The position numbers and the translations under genes are program-made. A stretch of DNA of 63,735 nt, counting the filler, from Reticulomyxa filosa (Eukaryota > Protista > Foraminifera), in the NCBI GenBank assembly GCA_000512085.1. It is 15 parts of 15 records of this genome, joined end to end, with 100 filler letters (N's around TTAATTAATTAA, not from the genome) between each part and the next. Parts side by side here need not be neighbours in the genome. Positions count along the whole stretch, not along the records: positions 51,486 to 53,069 come from ASPP01019503.1; positions 53,170 to 55,372 come from ASPP01036279.1; positions 55,473 to 58,815 come from ASPP01004931.1; positions 58,916 to 61,436 come from ASPP01019862.1; positions 61,537 to 63,735 come from ASPP01012926.1; 10 more parts are not named here. The stretch is one strand, 5' to 3'. The notes beneath the pieces are model-generated. The model was not told the DNA's origin. It ran no database searches and saw only the letters and a program-made list of their open reading frames with translations. Positions 52,230-63,735 of the stretch are shown piece by piece. How positions within the stretch are numbered: position 1 is the first letter of the stretch; the number at the start of each line of letters is the position of its first letter.

Positions 52230-52587
52230 TCCAGCACTGTCGTTGTCAACACCAGGACTCACCTTGAAATACTATTCAACTTATGACAGAGAAAAAAAAA
52301 GCTAAGTGTTTTACGTTTTTTTTAAGTTAGTTATGCTGAAATGTTTTGTAAGAAAAAATTCTTTGTTAAATAAAATAAATTTTAATCAATTCACCTATTA
52401 CAAAAAATTCAAAATACAGAATTCTTAATGTCAGAAATACTTGATCATTAAGACTGTACGTTAACATATAATATACAAAACGTTCGCTAGTGCTCACATC
52501 AAAAAGGGCCAAGACTATGAGCGCCAACACACCAAAAAAAAGGGGTGTATCTATCGTTCTTTTTTTAATTATCGCTTTTGTAGGCAT
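52230..52587 (-). CDS. Small hypothetical membrane-anchored protein
   Basis: ATG-initiated ORF with the hydrophobic stretch PLFFGVLALIVLALF, a GT donor near 52440 and a possible second exon. Confidence 0.3.
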
Positions 52588-53309
52588 TGCTTGAACTAAC
52601 TAAGAATAATTGAGAGTACGCCAGAGTATTAGTCATTCCTTTTTGCAATGATTACAAAAGGGATGTTATTGTCTTCAATTTAACTTTAGAAGCTCTTGTA
52701 CGGTGTTTTCGTTGTAACAACGTCGTAAAAAAAACTTTAAAAAACTTAGAAAGTTAAGATGCCAAGGAACAATAACTCGATACTAGTTTTCATTTGAAAG
52801 GTCTTGTTCAAATGTTGATAGATTTAGATCTTCAAAAAAAACTTTTTTTAATCTAGAACTTTTTTTTCCTGTTGACATGAAAAGTATTGCAAAGTTTTCT
52901 TGATCAAATATTTTAATCAACAGTATTTTATTTTGATAAAATATGTTAATTAAAATAGAAAATTACAATTTTCTTTTTTCATAAAAGTTGTGCAGTTGAG
53001 TAATCGTAAAAACTCTTTTCTTTTTCTTGGTCAGTCGGAGTTCTGTGCTGGCGTTGAAGGATGACCACGNNNNNNNNNNNNNNNNNNNNNNNNNNNNNNN
53101 NNNNNNNNNNNNNTTAATTAATTAANNNNNNNNNNNNNNNNNNNNNNNNNNNNNNNNNNNNNNNNNNNNAAAAAGAAAATAATAAAGAAAGAAAAAGAAA
53201 AAAGAGTGTAAAGGAAAAAAAAGTTGTATTTGCAATTTTAATTTTTTATTTTGATTTGAATGATGATCCCGAGCGGGATGGCAGCATTGTTAAGTAATTT
53301 TTTTCTTTG

Positions 53310-54000
53310 TGTGTGTAAGTGAGTGTGGAATAAGTATGTACTGGAGTGAATACAATCTTCTTTCTTGAATAGCCTCCGATTGACGCGCTAGTCCTGTGGA
53401 TATCGATCGAAAAAAAAAAGTTGTTCAAGTGAACCGTGGGGATATTTACAATTTGTCCAGAACAGAATCGGCAAGATCACAAGCCATTAAAAATGACCAA
53501 TATTATTAGTGATTATTATCAAGGGATTTGACAGCTGGCAATGAATTCATTACAATTTATCAACGCAAATAACTTGGTTTAAATATTTATCGCCGCCTTT
53601 CACATGTATTTATGACTATGCTATATGTGATTCCAAATGTTAATATCAGAGGTGTATGGTATGGAAACACTTCCAAGATACAATTGGTATGGCCGTCGTA
53701 TTGATTTGGTGGAAACATTAAAATTGTAGCATATTGCAATTTGATTGACGATTGGATTATTTGTCAAGCAAGATTGGCAGGAAATGATTTGAATGCCTTT
53801 GAAAGGAGATTTCAGTTAAAAGACATTGATTATTTTTGTCTTTTTTTTTAAACAATTTGAATTAATTTGTTTTTAGTTTTTTTTTACAGCCACTGGAACG
53901 CTATAAGTCCACAGGTGATGTAAGTAATGGAATCGCAATTGAAGAAAAAGAAGAAGACACATGCAAAAATATCGAAGCAAATACTGCCATGCCTGGATGA
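53310..54000 (+). repeat. Dispersed repeat / pseudogene family, copy B (internally deleted)
   Basis: 53310-53480 matches about 25150-25310, and 53660-54000 matches about 26270-26600. Confidence 0.8.
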
Positions 54001-55599
54001 GCAAATCCAACATCAAATGGGCTCAATCGAACTGATTTCTGTGGAAACAGATATCTTGTGAGGACAGTCCCATCCAACAATATGGAATGAATTAGCAAGC
54101 AAAAAGATGAATATCAAAAGACTTTGAAAATGTATATTTTAAAACATTAACTCTTGTCCATCCAGCAATAAACCTTTTCGTCCGTGGATCTCTATTCCTT
54201 TGCCGACAATACTGCTGCTCGATTTCGATATCGAAGATCTAACTCAACAGCTCAAGTCTGAAGTGCTGGAAGAAGAAATCGCAAAAACAATTCGCACGCT
54301 TTTGTTGTCCTTGAATAAGGCACAGTGCAAGACCTTATCTGTCGTTTCATTCACTGACGATTCCTTGTCTTTTCCAATGTTTGTGTGCATTTCTTATTGT
54401 CGCAAATATCTTATCTTATATTACACATATATAAATATATATGTATATGTACAATGGTGACTACTAAAAGCAAGGAAAAAAAACCAAAAAAAAACAAAGC
54501 AAACGAACGATATGGTTGTGAGAACAGAATTATTGCCAACAAAGACATTCTAACGGCGCTAAATTTCTTGCAAACATTGAAAGATTTGAAAGTACGATCA
54601 CAAGGAGCACATGAAAACTTGCAAGTACGTGAAATATGGGAATTCGTCAAGTCAATGCTCCCTTCGATGCGAGAGTAGTTGCACGAATTGCCAATGACCA
54701 ACTTCGTACTATTCACGACACTTCACGTCAAGTATCTGATTGGAAAAAAAATCGATTTGTTATTTAGTCAATCTATAAATGGTGTGAGTTTTCATTCTAG
54801 ACTCCAAACATAAAAACTATATTGCACACTTGTATAATTTTTTTTAAAAAAAAAAAAAAATTTATGTATATCTGTTTTATTTGGGAAAAAAAAAATATAA
54901 AAATAAAATAATTAGTATACGTAAGTGCCAAAGTACAATGATCATCCACAGGAATTACAAAAGTCGATTTCAAGCAAAATTTGGTGGAGCAACATCTGAT
55001 TTTGGAGATAAGCTCATCTCCAATATTTTGGTCAATTCTGTCCTCCAAGATATTAATAACATGTTTGTCATTGTTTTTTTTTTTTATTCCTTTGTTTGAA
55101 GCGTTTCGATTGCTTGTTAACACAACTTGTATTGGACAGATTTTGGAAACATTGCCCGGTGGAAGATTCCAAATTCCAACAACAATTGTCTGCCAAATTT
55201 TCTTCATTCAAGGAATTTTATGACGCATTTTGGAAGAAAAAAAAAAGTCTGTGGAATTGGGCACGGCCATGGTAATCAGTCAATTTAAAAAATCAATGGA
55301 GCATTTACTCTATTTGACGTTGAAAAATACATTTCGAATTGTTGTGAAATGTTAGTTGCCGCTATTCATGATNNNNNNNNNNNNNNNNNNNNNNNNNNNN
55401 NNNNNNNNNNNNNNNNTTAATTAATTAANNNNNNNNNNNNNNNNNNNNNNNNNNNNNNNNNNNNNNNNNNNNCCAGACTAGGCCATGGCATCGACGTCAT
55501 CTCAAATGCTCAATGGCGGCAATGGCAACGAAACGTACTCAATAGCAATGGTAATTGATTGGAGGCAGTATTCGTGGCAATGTTTTTTTTTTTTTACAT

Positions 55600-57900
55600 T
55601 TAATAACTTTGTCATTGTTTATGTTGGGCCGTCGCTTTGTCTCGAGTATGGATGGAGGCAAGCGACCAGCATTGCTTCAACAAAAAATGATTAGTTGTAT
55701 TCGTGTTTGTGGTGGCGAGACTGTTAATGTATCTTGTGATATGGAGTAATCCTTGGAGATACAAGCCATCATTCATTAGTTATTACTGCAATGATGAGAC
55801 GTGTATTGATAGTTTGCACGAATTGCGAGAGGGATTGACATCATTTTCTTGACTCAGATGTCGCCTTGGAAAATAGTCACAATTTGTTTTTGATTGAGTG
55901 GAAGCTGCACTCCCAATATCGTAGACGGATTGATATTATTTTCCGATCCAGCCTCTTCATGCGTCTTTCCATTGACACTACTCGCTATTGTCCATGTTGT
56001 TTTCATGGAAGGGTCGCTATATTATTTTCTAAATATCGTTTGCTCGCAAATTTTCTTTGTAGTCTTTGTAATGCCTCCGTTTCCACCAAGATAGCACTAT
56101 TTGCTTCAACATTTCTGCACATCCTCTTTTTCTTCTTCATATACAGTTCCACCATTTGCACCGCCTATGGATTTAACGTATTCTAGTTGTTATAAAAACA
56201 AAACAAAAACAACAAATTAATTCGAATTGTTTAGAAAGAAAGAAAAAATAATCAATGTATTTTTAACTTTAACCTTCTTTCAAATGCATTCAAATTAAGC
56301 AGGCCAACCATTTTCTGTCAATCTTACTTGACGATAACCACAATTTTTTTACATCGAAAAACAATTCAATCATCAATCAAATTGCAGTACTATTTTCCAC
56401 CAAGTCAACCGAAAGTCATATCAATTGCATCTTGGAATATTTTCCTGCATCTTTGGTATGTCAATATTGGGAGTCACACACACACACACACACAGCATAA
56501 TTATCAAAGCACGTAAAATGAAGCAACAAATATTTGACCGAATCATGCGCATTGACTAGTTGAATTGAATCGAGTAAAAATAGTAGGCGCTAATTTGAGT
56601 GTTGTCGTATGATTATAAACACATAACAATTCATTGTCAATTGTGTTTCTTTTCTGTACATATTATCCCATAACCACTCAAAGTATTGGTGAAACGGATT
56701 TATTGTGTCATCCTTTTCATTCACATTATCTTCTTGCCTCTATCTAAATAGCTCACACTTCTTGCACGATTCATTGTCAGATGTCATAATCCATTTGTCT
56801 CAACACTACTTGTCCGCATGTTTGCTTCATATTTTTTCTTTTTCTTCGTCCTCTTCCTCTTTCTTTCATTACAAACCTACAATTAGATAATCAATGTTCA
56901 CATTGTTTTAGTTAAGATATTTCACAACAACTGAAAATATGATAAAAATAGCATACACCTTCAGATAAAGCTGCTGCCCTTCGTGCTTGATTGAGGTTTG
57001 TCCTTTTGTGTACCCTTCTTTTGATTGTCCTGGAGTTGATGGATGCATTTTCTATCTTGAATTCGGGTAATGACAGGATTGCGTACCATGAGTGGATTCT
57101 CCACAGAATATGCATTTACTTGAACACTTTCTCTTTTCTTTGTCGCTTGCACTTACATTCGTCACAGCTCTGATGAAACTATCTTTCCTGGACTGTATGC
57201 ATTATATTCATTGATTTGTGCACTTACACAAACAGTCCACTTTTGAGCTGTGATGGCGATAGACCAAGAAAACATCAAGTTGAACAACGGTAAAATTGCG
57301 CTGCATCTGTTCATAGATTTGATTCATATTATTTTTGTAATTTTTGAAGATGACTTATGATATGCATAATATTTTGAGATTGGAAATGTAATTTTGAGTT
57401 GTTCCTTGGGCGCCAAATGATCAATTCGTGCAGTCTATTCCAAGATTGATGAATATGATCCCAATTCACTCGTTTGCTGGCCCTTGTTAATATGTTGACT
57501 GGACATGTTCAATATTGACTATGTGCATCAATACAATCTGAAGAGGAGGAGAATGCAATCAGCGTATTGTCGAAGGAGATCGGATGGCTCACAAATAGTG
57601 CCAATACTATTCGCATCCGAAGATAAGATATTCAATGCTTCAATTCAAACCTTGGCTATTCATCCAAGATAGAGTCGGCAATGTATACGTGTTATATGCC
57701 GACTCTGCTCTGGACAACTTGTTAATAATCTCACGCTTTCACTTGAGCGATATTTTTTGTTGCTTCAAATCTATTTTCACAGGAATAGCGCACCAACTGG
57801 ATATTATTCAAGAAAGAAAAAAGCATTCAATCAAGTACATACTTACTCCAAACTCACTTCGACCATTGATCTTTTTTCTCCATTTGACATGCGGAGCTTG
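55600..57900 (-). repeat. Dispersed repeat / pseudogene family, copy C (inverted)
   Basis: The reverse complement is colinear with 25100-27050, for example GCTCAAGTGAAA, CAATGAATCGT.CAAGAAGTG and GAGACAAAGCGA.GGC. Confidence 0.8.
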
Positions 57901-58982
57901 ATCTTGTGTTGTTTCGATATTGCATCTTGGAGGCAACGTCAAATTCTTAAGCACGAAATATCAATGACCTGGGACACTTGTTCGACTTGAAGATAAAAGT
58001 ATTAAAACGTTAATACTTGTTTCATCTTGTACGAACCTGCCAATGGTAAGTAAACAACAACTTGATATTTCGGGTCATTCTCGATGCAATTAAAGTTCTA
58101 TTACGTCCATAACTTTATTGATAGAGTGTGGACGGACATACATCTGGAATAATCTTTGAAATTGCTGTTAATTATACCACATTTGTCCAAGGAGTTAGTT
58201 ATATATATTCCCGTACAACTTTGTTTGATATGCGCACAGATCAATTTTTGGATCGATGTTGTCGTCACTGGTGGTCCGTGATTTTTTTTTTAATCCATGT
58301 TGGTCACAAAGAAAATCTTGTATGTTCATATCGTTCGTGTGGGAGGTATCATATGAAAAATGGTTATATATGGCGAATGTATTGCAGTGGATGTTCAAGA
58401 AGTTAATAATGCAATTGATCAATGGGCAAAACATAACCAACGATGTCATCATTTTATATCTGCGTCAATCCAGCCGATGTTTCATTTTCTTCCACTTTAT
58501 CACAAACATCGACACCTGTAATGTGTTAGTGCAGAAATACACATGCGCTGCAATTCATTATGCAGTAGTTTCAAAATACAAATAATTTGCTTTCAATGTC
58601 TTCTCATTGCCAAACTTCGATTTCTATAATATTCAACCACACCATATTCACACATACATTTTTTTAAACAAACACACACAAAGAGAAAAACTTACTCAAT
58701 CAATGTTGTTATCCCGCGCAGGATACAATCACTTTTCAAATTTAAAAAAAATAATAAAAAATTAACATTTATAATATAATTTTTTTCATTTATTAATTTT
58801 TTTCTTTTTCTTTCTNNNNNNNNNNNNNNNNNNNNNNNNNNNNNNNNNNNNNNNNNNNNTTAATTAATTAANNNNNNNNNNNNNNNNNNNNNNNNNNNNN
58901 NNNNNNNNNNNNNNNACACAAACATGTGTATACGTATACGTATACGTATATATTTATTTCTTTTTTTTTTTAAAAAAAAAAG

Positions 58983-61419
58983 GTAATGTCGAATTTTGGA
59001 GCGAGGCGACAACGACATTGCGTGTGAGTGATGGTGTGTTGATCGTAGTGGATTGTGTGCAAGGTATACGCATGCAAACAGAGACCTTGTTGCGACAAGC
59101 AATTTCCGAAAGAGTTCGTCCCGTTTTGTTTTTGAATAAGTTGGACTGCGTATTTTCTGAGTTGCATTCATCTTTGGAAGACTGCTATCAAATCTGTGCC
59201 AATATCATTGAGGCTGTAAATGTGATTTGTCAAACGTATGAAGATCAAAATTTGGGAAACATTGAAGTTTGATATACATGTACATACATAGATATATACG
59301 TATATCTATGTGTATATATATAAAGGTCCAAAAAAAAAATGGACATGGTAAGGTCTTGCCACACACTGAGCGCGTTGCATTTGGAAGTGGACTTCAGGGA
59401 TGGGGATTCACATTGCGTGATTTTTCTCGATTATATGCATCAAAGTTTGGTTTGCCCACTAAAAAGATGTTGAACATGTTGTGGGGTGATCACTATTGGG
59501 ACCCACTTGCAAAAAAGTGGGTCACTCAAAATTCTGGTATGTATACATCATATTTTCGTTTAATGAACAAAAAAAAAAAAATGTAATTATTAATAAATTT
59601 TTTTTTTTTAAAAAAAAAAAAAAGAGGGCAAATTGATGAGAGGATTTTGTCAGTTTGTGTTGCATCCAATTCGAACGTTGTATGACTCGATAATGGCTGG
59701 GAAGAAAGACCAATTTATGCCGATAGTGAATGCGTTGCGATTGCCATTGAAGCAGAAGGAAATGGATATTGAAAAAAACTGGCTCCAAGATCCAAAGAAA
59801 TTAATGAAAAAGATAATGTGTGTATGGATACCAGCCAATGGTACCTTGTTAGATATGATGGTAAGGCAGCTGCCATCTCCATTGGAGGCACAGCATTACC
59901 GTGTGACCAACTTGTACAGTGGCCCTTTGGACACTCTCGAAGCAGCTGCCGTGGCAAAGTGCGATGCGAGTGGACCCATGTCAGTATACGTTGCCAAAAT
60001 GGTACCTTTTGGACAAAGGCGTTATGCATTTGGTCGAGTGTTTAGTGGGACAATCAAAGAAAGTGAAAACGTTCGAATTTTGGGACCAGATTACGAACAC
60101 AATACAAAACGAGATTTATATGTGAAGAAAGTTGGGAGCATCGGTTGGATCGGAGCGAGAGGATATACGTACAAACCAGAGTCAATCCATGACTGCCCAG
60201 CTGGGAATTTATGTACAATTTTAGACTTGGATAATTTTATGTTGCATTCAGGGACGTTGACTGATAGTGATGAATTTTATCCATTCCGAAATACTTCCTA
60301 TTCAACCGCAAGAGCTGCCGTCGTGCAAGTGGCCATTGACTCCAAATCCCCGGCGGATTTGCCTCGTCTCGTGCAAGGATTGAAACGATTGAGCCAGTTG
60401 GAACCCTCTGCAAGGGTATACGTAGATACATCCGGACAGCATGTACTTTCCAGTGCAGGGGAGTTGCATTTGGATTGCTGCCTGAAGATATTGCGTGAGG
60501 ATTACACGATGAAATTAGTGGATATACACGTAACGGAGCCTCTTGTGCTATCTGTAGAGACCATTACAACGCGCACTGGAACTGACTCCATTTTTCCCAA
60601 GACATGCTTGGCAAAGGCTCCAAACAAGTGCAATCGCTTGTTCATGTGGGCGACTCCTTTGACGAGGTGTTTGTGAAAGGCATTGAAACAGAGGATATCC
60701 GAACTGAAGAAATTACGAATATGAAAGTATTTGCTCGTGATTTGGAAGATAAATATTTGTGGAATGTTGGAGAGGCTCGGAAAGTTTGGACATTTGGATG
60801 CCCTCCGGATGGAATTGCCAACGTACTTGTTGATCTTACCAAAGGGGTACAATACGTACACGAAATCAGAGATAGTGTCACTGCAGGTTTCATGCATGCT
60901 ACCAGGTCTGGTGTTTTGTGTGACAATCCTCTTCGTGGTGTTCGCTTCAATTTGGAAAGTGTCACGCTTCATTCCGATGCGATCCATCGCGGTGCAGGGC
61001 AAATTATACCTTGCGCTAAACGTGTATGCTATGCTTGCCAATTGGCCAGTGGACCGAGACTTATGGAGCCAGTGTATTTGGTGGAGATCGTTGCTCCTCC
61101 AGATGTGCAAGGAGGAGTGATCAATACCTTGCACAGCAGACGTGCAGAAATCGAACAGATCCAAGAACGTCCAGGGACAAAATTACTTGTTGTGCAAGCA
61201 CAGTTGCCCGTTATGGAGTCATTTGGATTCACTACTTTGTTGAGCCAAAGCACTGGCGGAAAAGCAGTCTTTCAAATGAAATTCAGTCAATGGAAACTAA
61301 TGCCTGGAAATCCAATGGAGGAAGGAACATATGCTTATCGTGTTTTACTGCAAACAAGAAAATGGAAAGGGCTGAAAGAAGAGTTGCCAGTATTTTCTGA
61401 TTACTGTGACAAACTATGA
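58983..61419 (+). CDS. EEF2: Divergent eukaryotic elongation factor 2 paralogue, 5'-partial, with introns and a 1-nt frameshift near 60660
   Basis: LRVSDGVLIVVDCV..QTETLLRQA..PVLFLNKLD, VAFGSGLQGWGFTL, LPSPLEAQHYRV, AFGRVFSG, AGELHL, VTLHSDAIHRG, PRLMEPVYLVEI and LPVMESFGFT. Confidence 0.93.
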
Positions 61420-61536
61420 ATTTGCATGTTTTTTTTNNNNNNNNNNNNNNNNNNNNNNNNNNNNNNNNNNNNNNNNNNNNTTAATTAATTAANNNNNNNN
61501 NNNNNNNNNNNNNNNNNNNNNNNNNNNNNNNNNNNN

Positions 61537-63733
61537 TTAATAATGCAACAAATAACAATTCCGTGTAGTGTTGGTGATCCAATTTGTTCAATCTCTCTGG
61601 TTCTTTTTCAAACACTTCTTGCAAAGTAGGTCCATGAATGGCTTCTGAACAAAGTACTGGAATTGTGCTACCATCAACACATTTCAAACATACCAATTCA
61701 CTATGATATGTTCCATGACCTATAATTCGATGATGAAATTGTTCTATCAAATAACTCATTCCTGGCATTTCAGGCCATGCTTTAGCATAAATTGTTGGTA
61801 AATTATCAGATTGTAATTTTATTGGAATCACATTCCTTTGCCCACTACTTATTTTATTATCTTTGAATTTTCCATTTTCGTTCAATAATTGAGCAGCTAC
61901 TCTATTTTTTAATGGTTTGCATCCACCAATCAACGGACTGTTAAATGTTGGCTCATTTCCTTTTGGCGCTCGATCTTCCACCAATTTTTCAAGTATTGTC
62001 TTCCATCTCTTTTTTTCTTCTTTCCAGAGAGTTGTTTCCCCACATCTGTCCGGAATACGATGTAATGTAGTCAAGACATCACTTAAAAACTTTTGAACAT
62101 CTTCTTCTTTATTTTTTTGATAAAACATTAAAATTTGACGGAATGCAACTCGGACATTCATTCCATCCAATGATTGATAAATACTTTGATATACTTTTAA
62201 TTCTCGATGTTTCATCACTAGTAAATCAATGAGCCGTGATAGACTTGATTTTTTATTTGTGACATCAATACCAAGTTCTCTTTCAGCTTTTTTTAGTAGA
62301 TCCATCCGTTGATTACGTACTCGCTCAAATGCAGGTCGTAATAATACAAATAATTGACATCGACGAATTGAACATTCGGCTGCAAATGCACCTCGACTTT
62401 GTTCTCCTCGATACCATTCAACAACTGACTCATCTGCATATTTATTTTGTTGCTTTTTTTCATCTTTCCATTGTTGTATCCTTTTGTTCCATTCAAAATG
62501 GTAAGCTTCCATCTCTTGTTGACATTTTATTAACCATGCTTCACGCAATTGAGAACGGTCAATAATATTACTCAAATTTGTTTTGCCATATGCCTCAAGT
62601 TCTGCTAGAAATGTGGTCTTTTCTTCAGGGACAACAAGTAAATCTCTACATATTTCTAATACTTCCAAACTCAAATCTGCTCGAATACAATTGACGGCCC
62701 AATTACGAACTAACGACTGATTCCAAATCTTCCACTGATTCATTTTACCCATTGTAAGAATGTATCGTTGATTTTGAGCATGAACTTCAAAATCTAAACC
62801 TTCTATGTCATGAGGATCCAGGCAATAACGAGTTCTATAACACCTAATTGCTTCATCCATTTCATTAAATCTGGCATGAACTAGCACTTGTCCAAATAAT
62901 TCGTTTCGATTAATCGTTGTGCTCTTTAAAAATAATGGATTTCCTTCCTGTTCACTCCATTGTTTTGCACTTTGATACAACGACCATACAGTTGAATACA
63001 TTTGTTTCAATTGTTGTTGTTCATTGGAATTAAGACGATAAGGTTGTATTTCTGAAGAAGGAACATGTGTATTTGGTTGATATAGCCATTCGTGTGACGA
63101 TTTATAATGCATTTGGGTCTGTATACGCCATTGCAATACTTGATGAATCAATTCACGCAAGAATGACACTGTATTGTCACAAACTGCTCTCATTCTCTTC
63201 AATTCATTCAGTTGGTCGATAATATGACCAATCTTAATTCCATGATATAAACTTAATGCTAATATAATTTGCTGAGGCAATCGATACAATTGGTCCTTCA
63301 CAGAAATTCCAATACGCTCTTTTTCAAATGTATCTGCTGCTTGTGACATTGGATTTAAAGACTCTGAAATTTGTTTGACAATTCCCAATGAAATATCTTC
63401 TCGTAATTGATGAGTTTTTAACCAACTTCCTAAATTTGTGTTTAAATATTGATTCAAAGACTCTTGATAAATGCGAAATAGTTCATCTGATCCAACTATC
63501 TTTCGATAACTCAATAAAATCTGACGATCAAATAATTCCCAAGTATTACTCCTTTGAATATTAACCAAGTTAATTGGTGTGTGAAGCAAAAGATCTGAAG
63601 TACGATGTGGTATACAAAAATGATCTGCACGTAATCCACTGCAAATAATTTGTGGTGATTCATTGCAATTGTCAAATAAATGCAATAACTCTTCAGGAGT
63701 CTCTCCTAATCCAATTAATGCGATTTCAAACAT
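61537..63733 (-). CDS. Intronless multidomain protein fragment: DUF294-type nucleotidyltransferase / helical substrate-binding region, TPR-like segment, and the start of an atypical (HipA/PI3K-like) kinase
   Basis: More than 730 aa open, partial at both ends. N-terminal FEIALIGLGET..LLLHTP..SVKDQLYRLPQQII..WRIQTQMHY. C-terminal GQRNV..IYAKAWPEMPGMSY..IGHGT..ELV..PVLCSEAIHGPTL. Confidence 0.6.
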
Positions 63734-63735
63734 TG

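Noticed and set aside
60502-61164. 220-aa minus-strand ORF
   Set aside because: Antisense shadow of eEF2, with no motifs.

Overview
The window is not continuous DNA. It is 15 unrelated contigs joined by 14 identical 100-bp linkers (N44-TTAATTAATTAA-N44), so gene neighbourhoods only mean something within a contig. Most contigs are AT-rich, intron-containing protist DNA with short GT-AG introns full of poly-A/T and (TA)n tracts and with homopolymer frameshifts. That style and the gene content suggest a foraminiferan such as Reticulomyxa (inference). Recognisable eukaryotic genes are importin-alpha, UBXN7/Ubx5, the C-terminal part of an RNF213/mysterin-like AAA+/E3 giant, a G-alpha subunit, two PH-domain proteins, WDR12/YTM1, an OST-alpha/TMEM184 transporter, a KH-repeat protein, a 4-domain Cav/Nav-type channel, a bacterial-type SDR with introns and a divergent eEF2. 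One GC-rich contig is bacterial (yjgN plus agmatinase with a structured leader). Several contigs consist of decayed pseudogenes or repeats. The strongest leads are: (1) an RNF213 homologue with no RING and a recognisable but catalytically degenerate RZ finger; (2) an intronless DUF294-type nucleotidyltransferase fused to an atypical HipA/PI3K-like kinase; (3) an eEF2 paralogue with the catalytic His changed to Asn but the diphthamide His intact; (4) a channel with His and Asp at the first two selectivity-filter positions. All family assignments come from remembered motifs, not from database searches.
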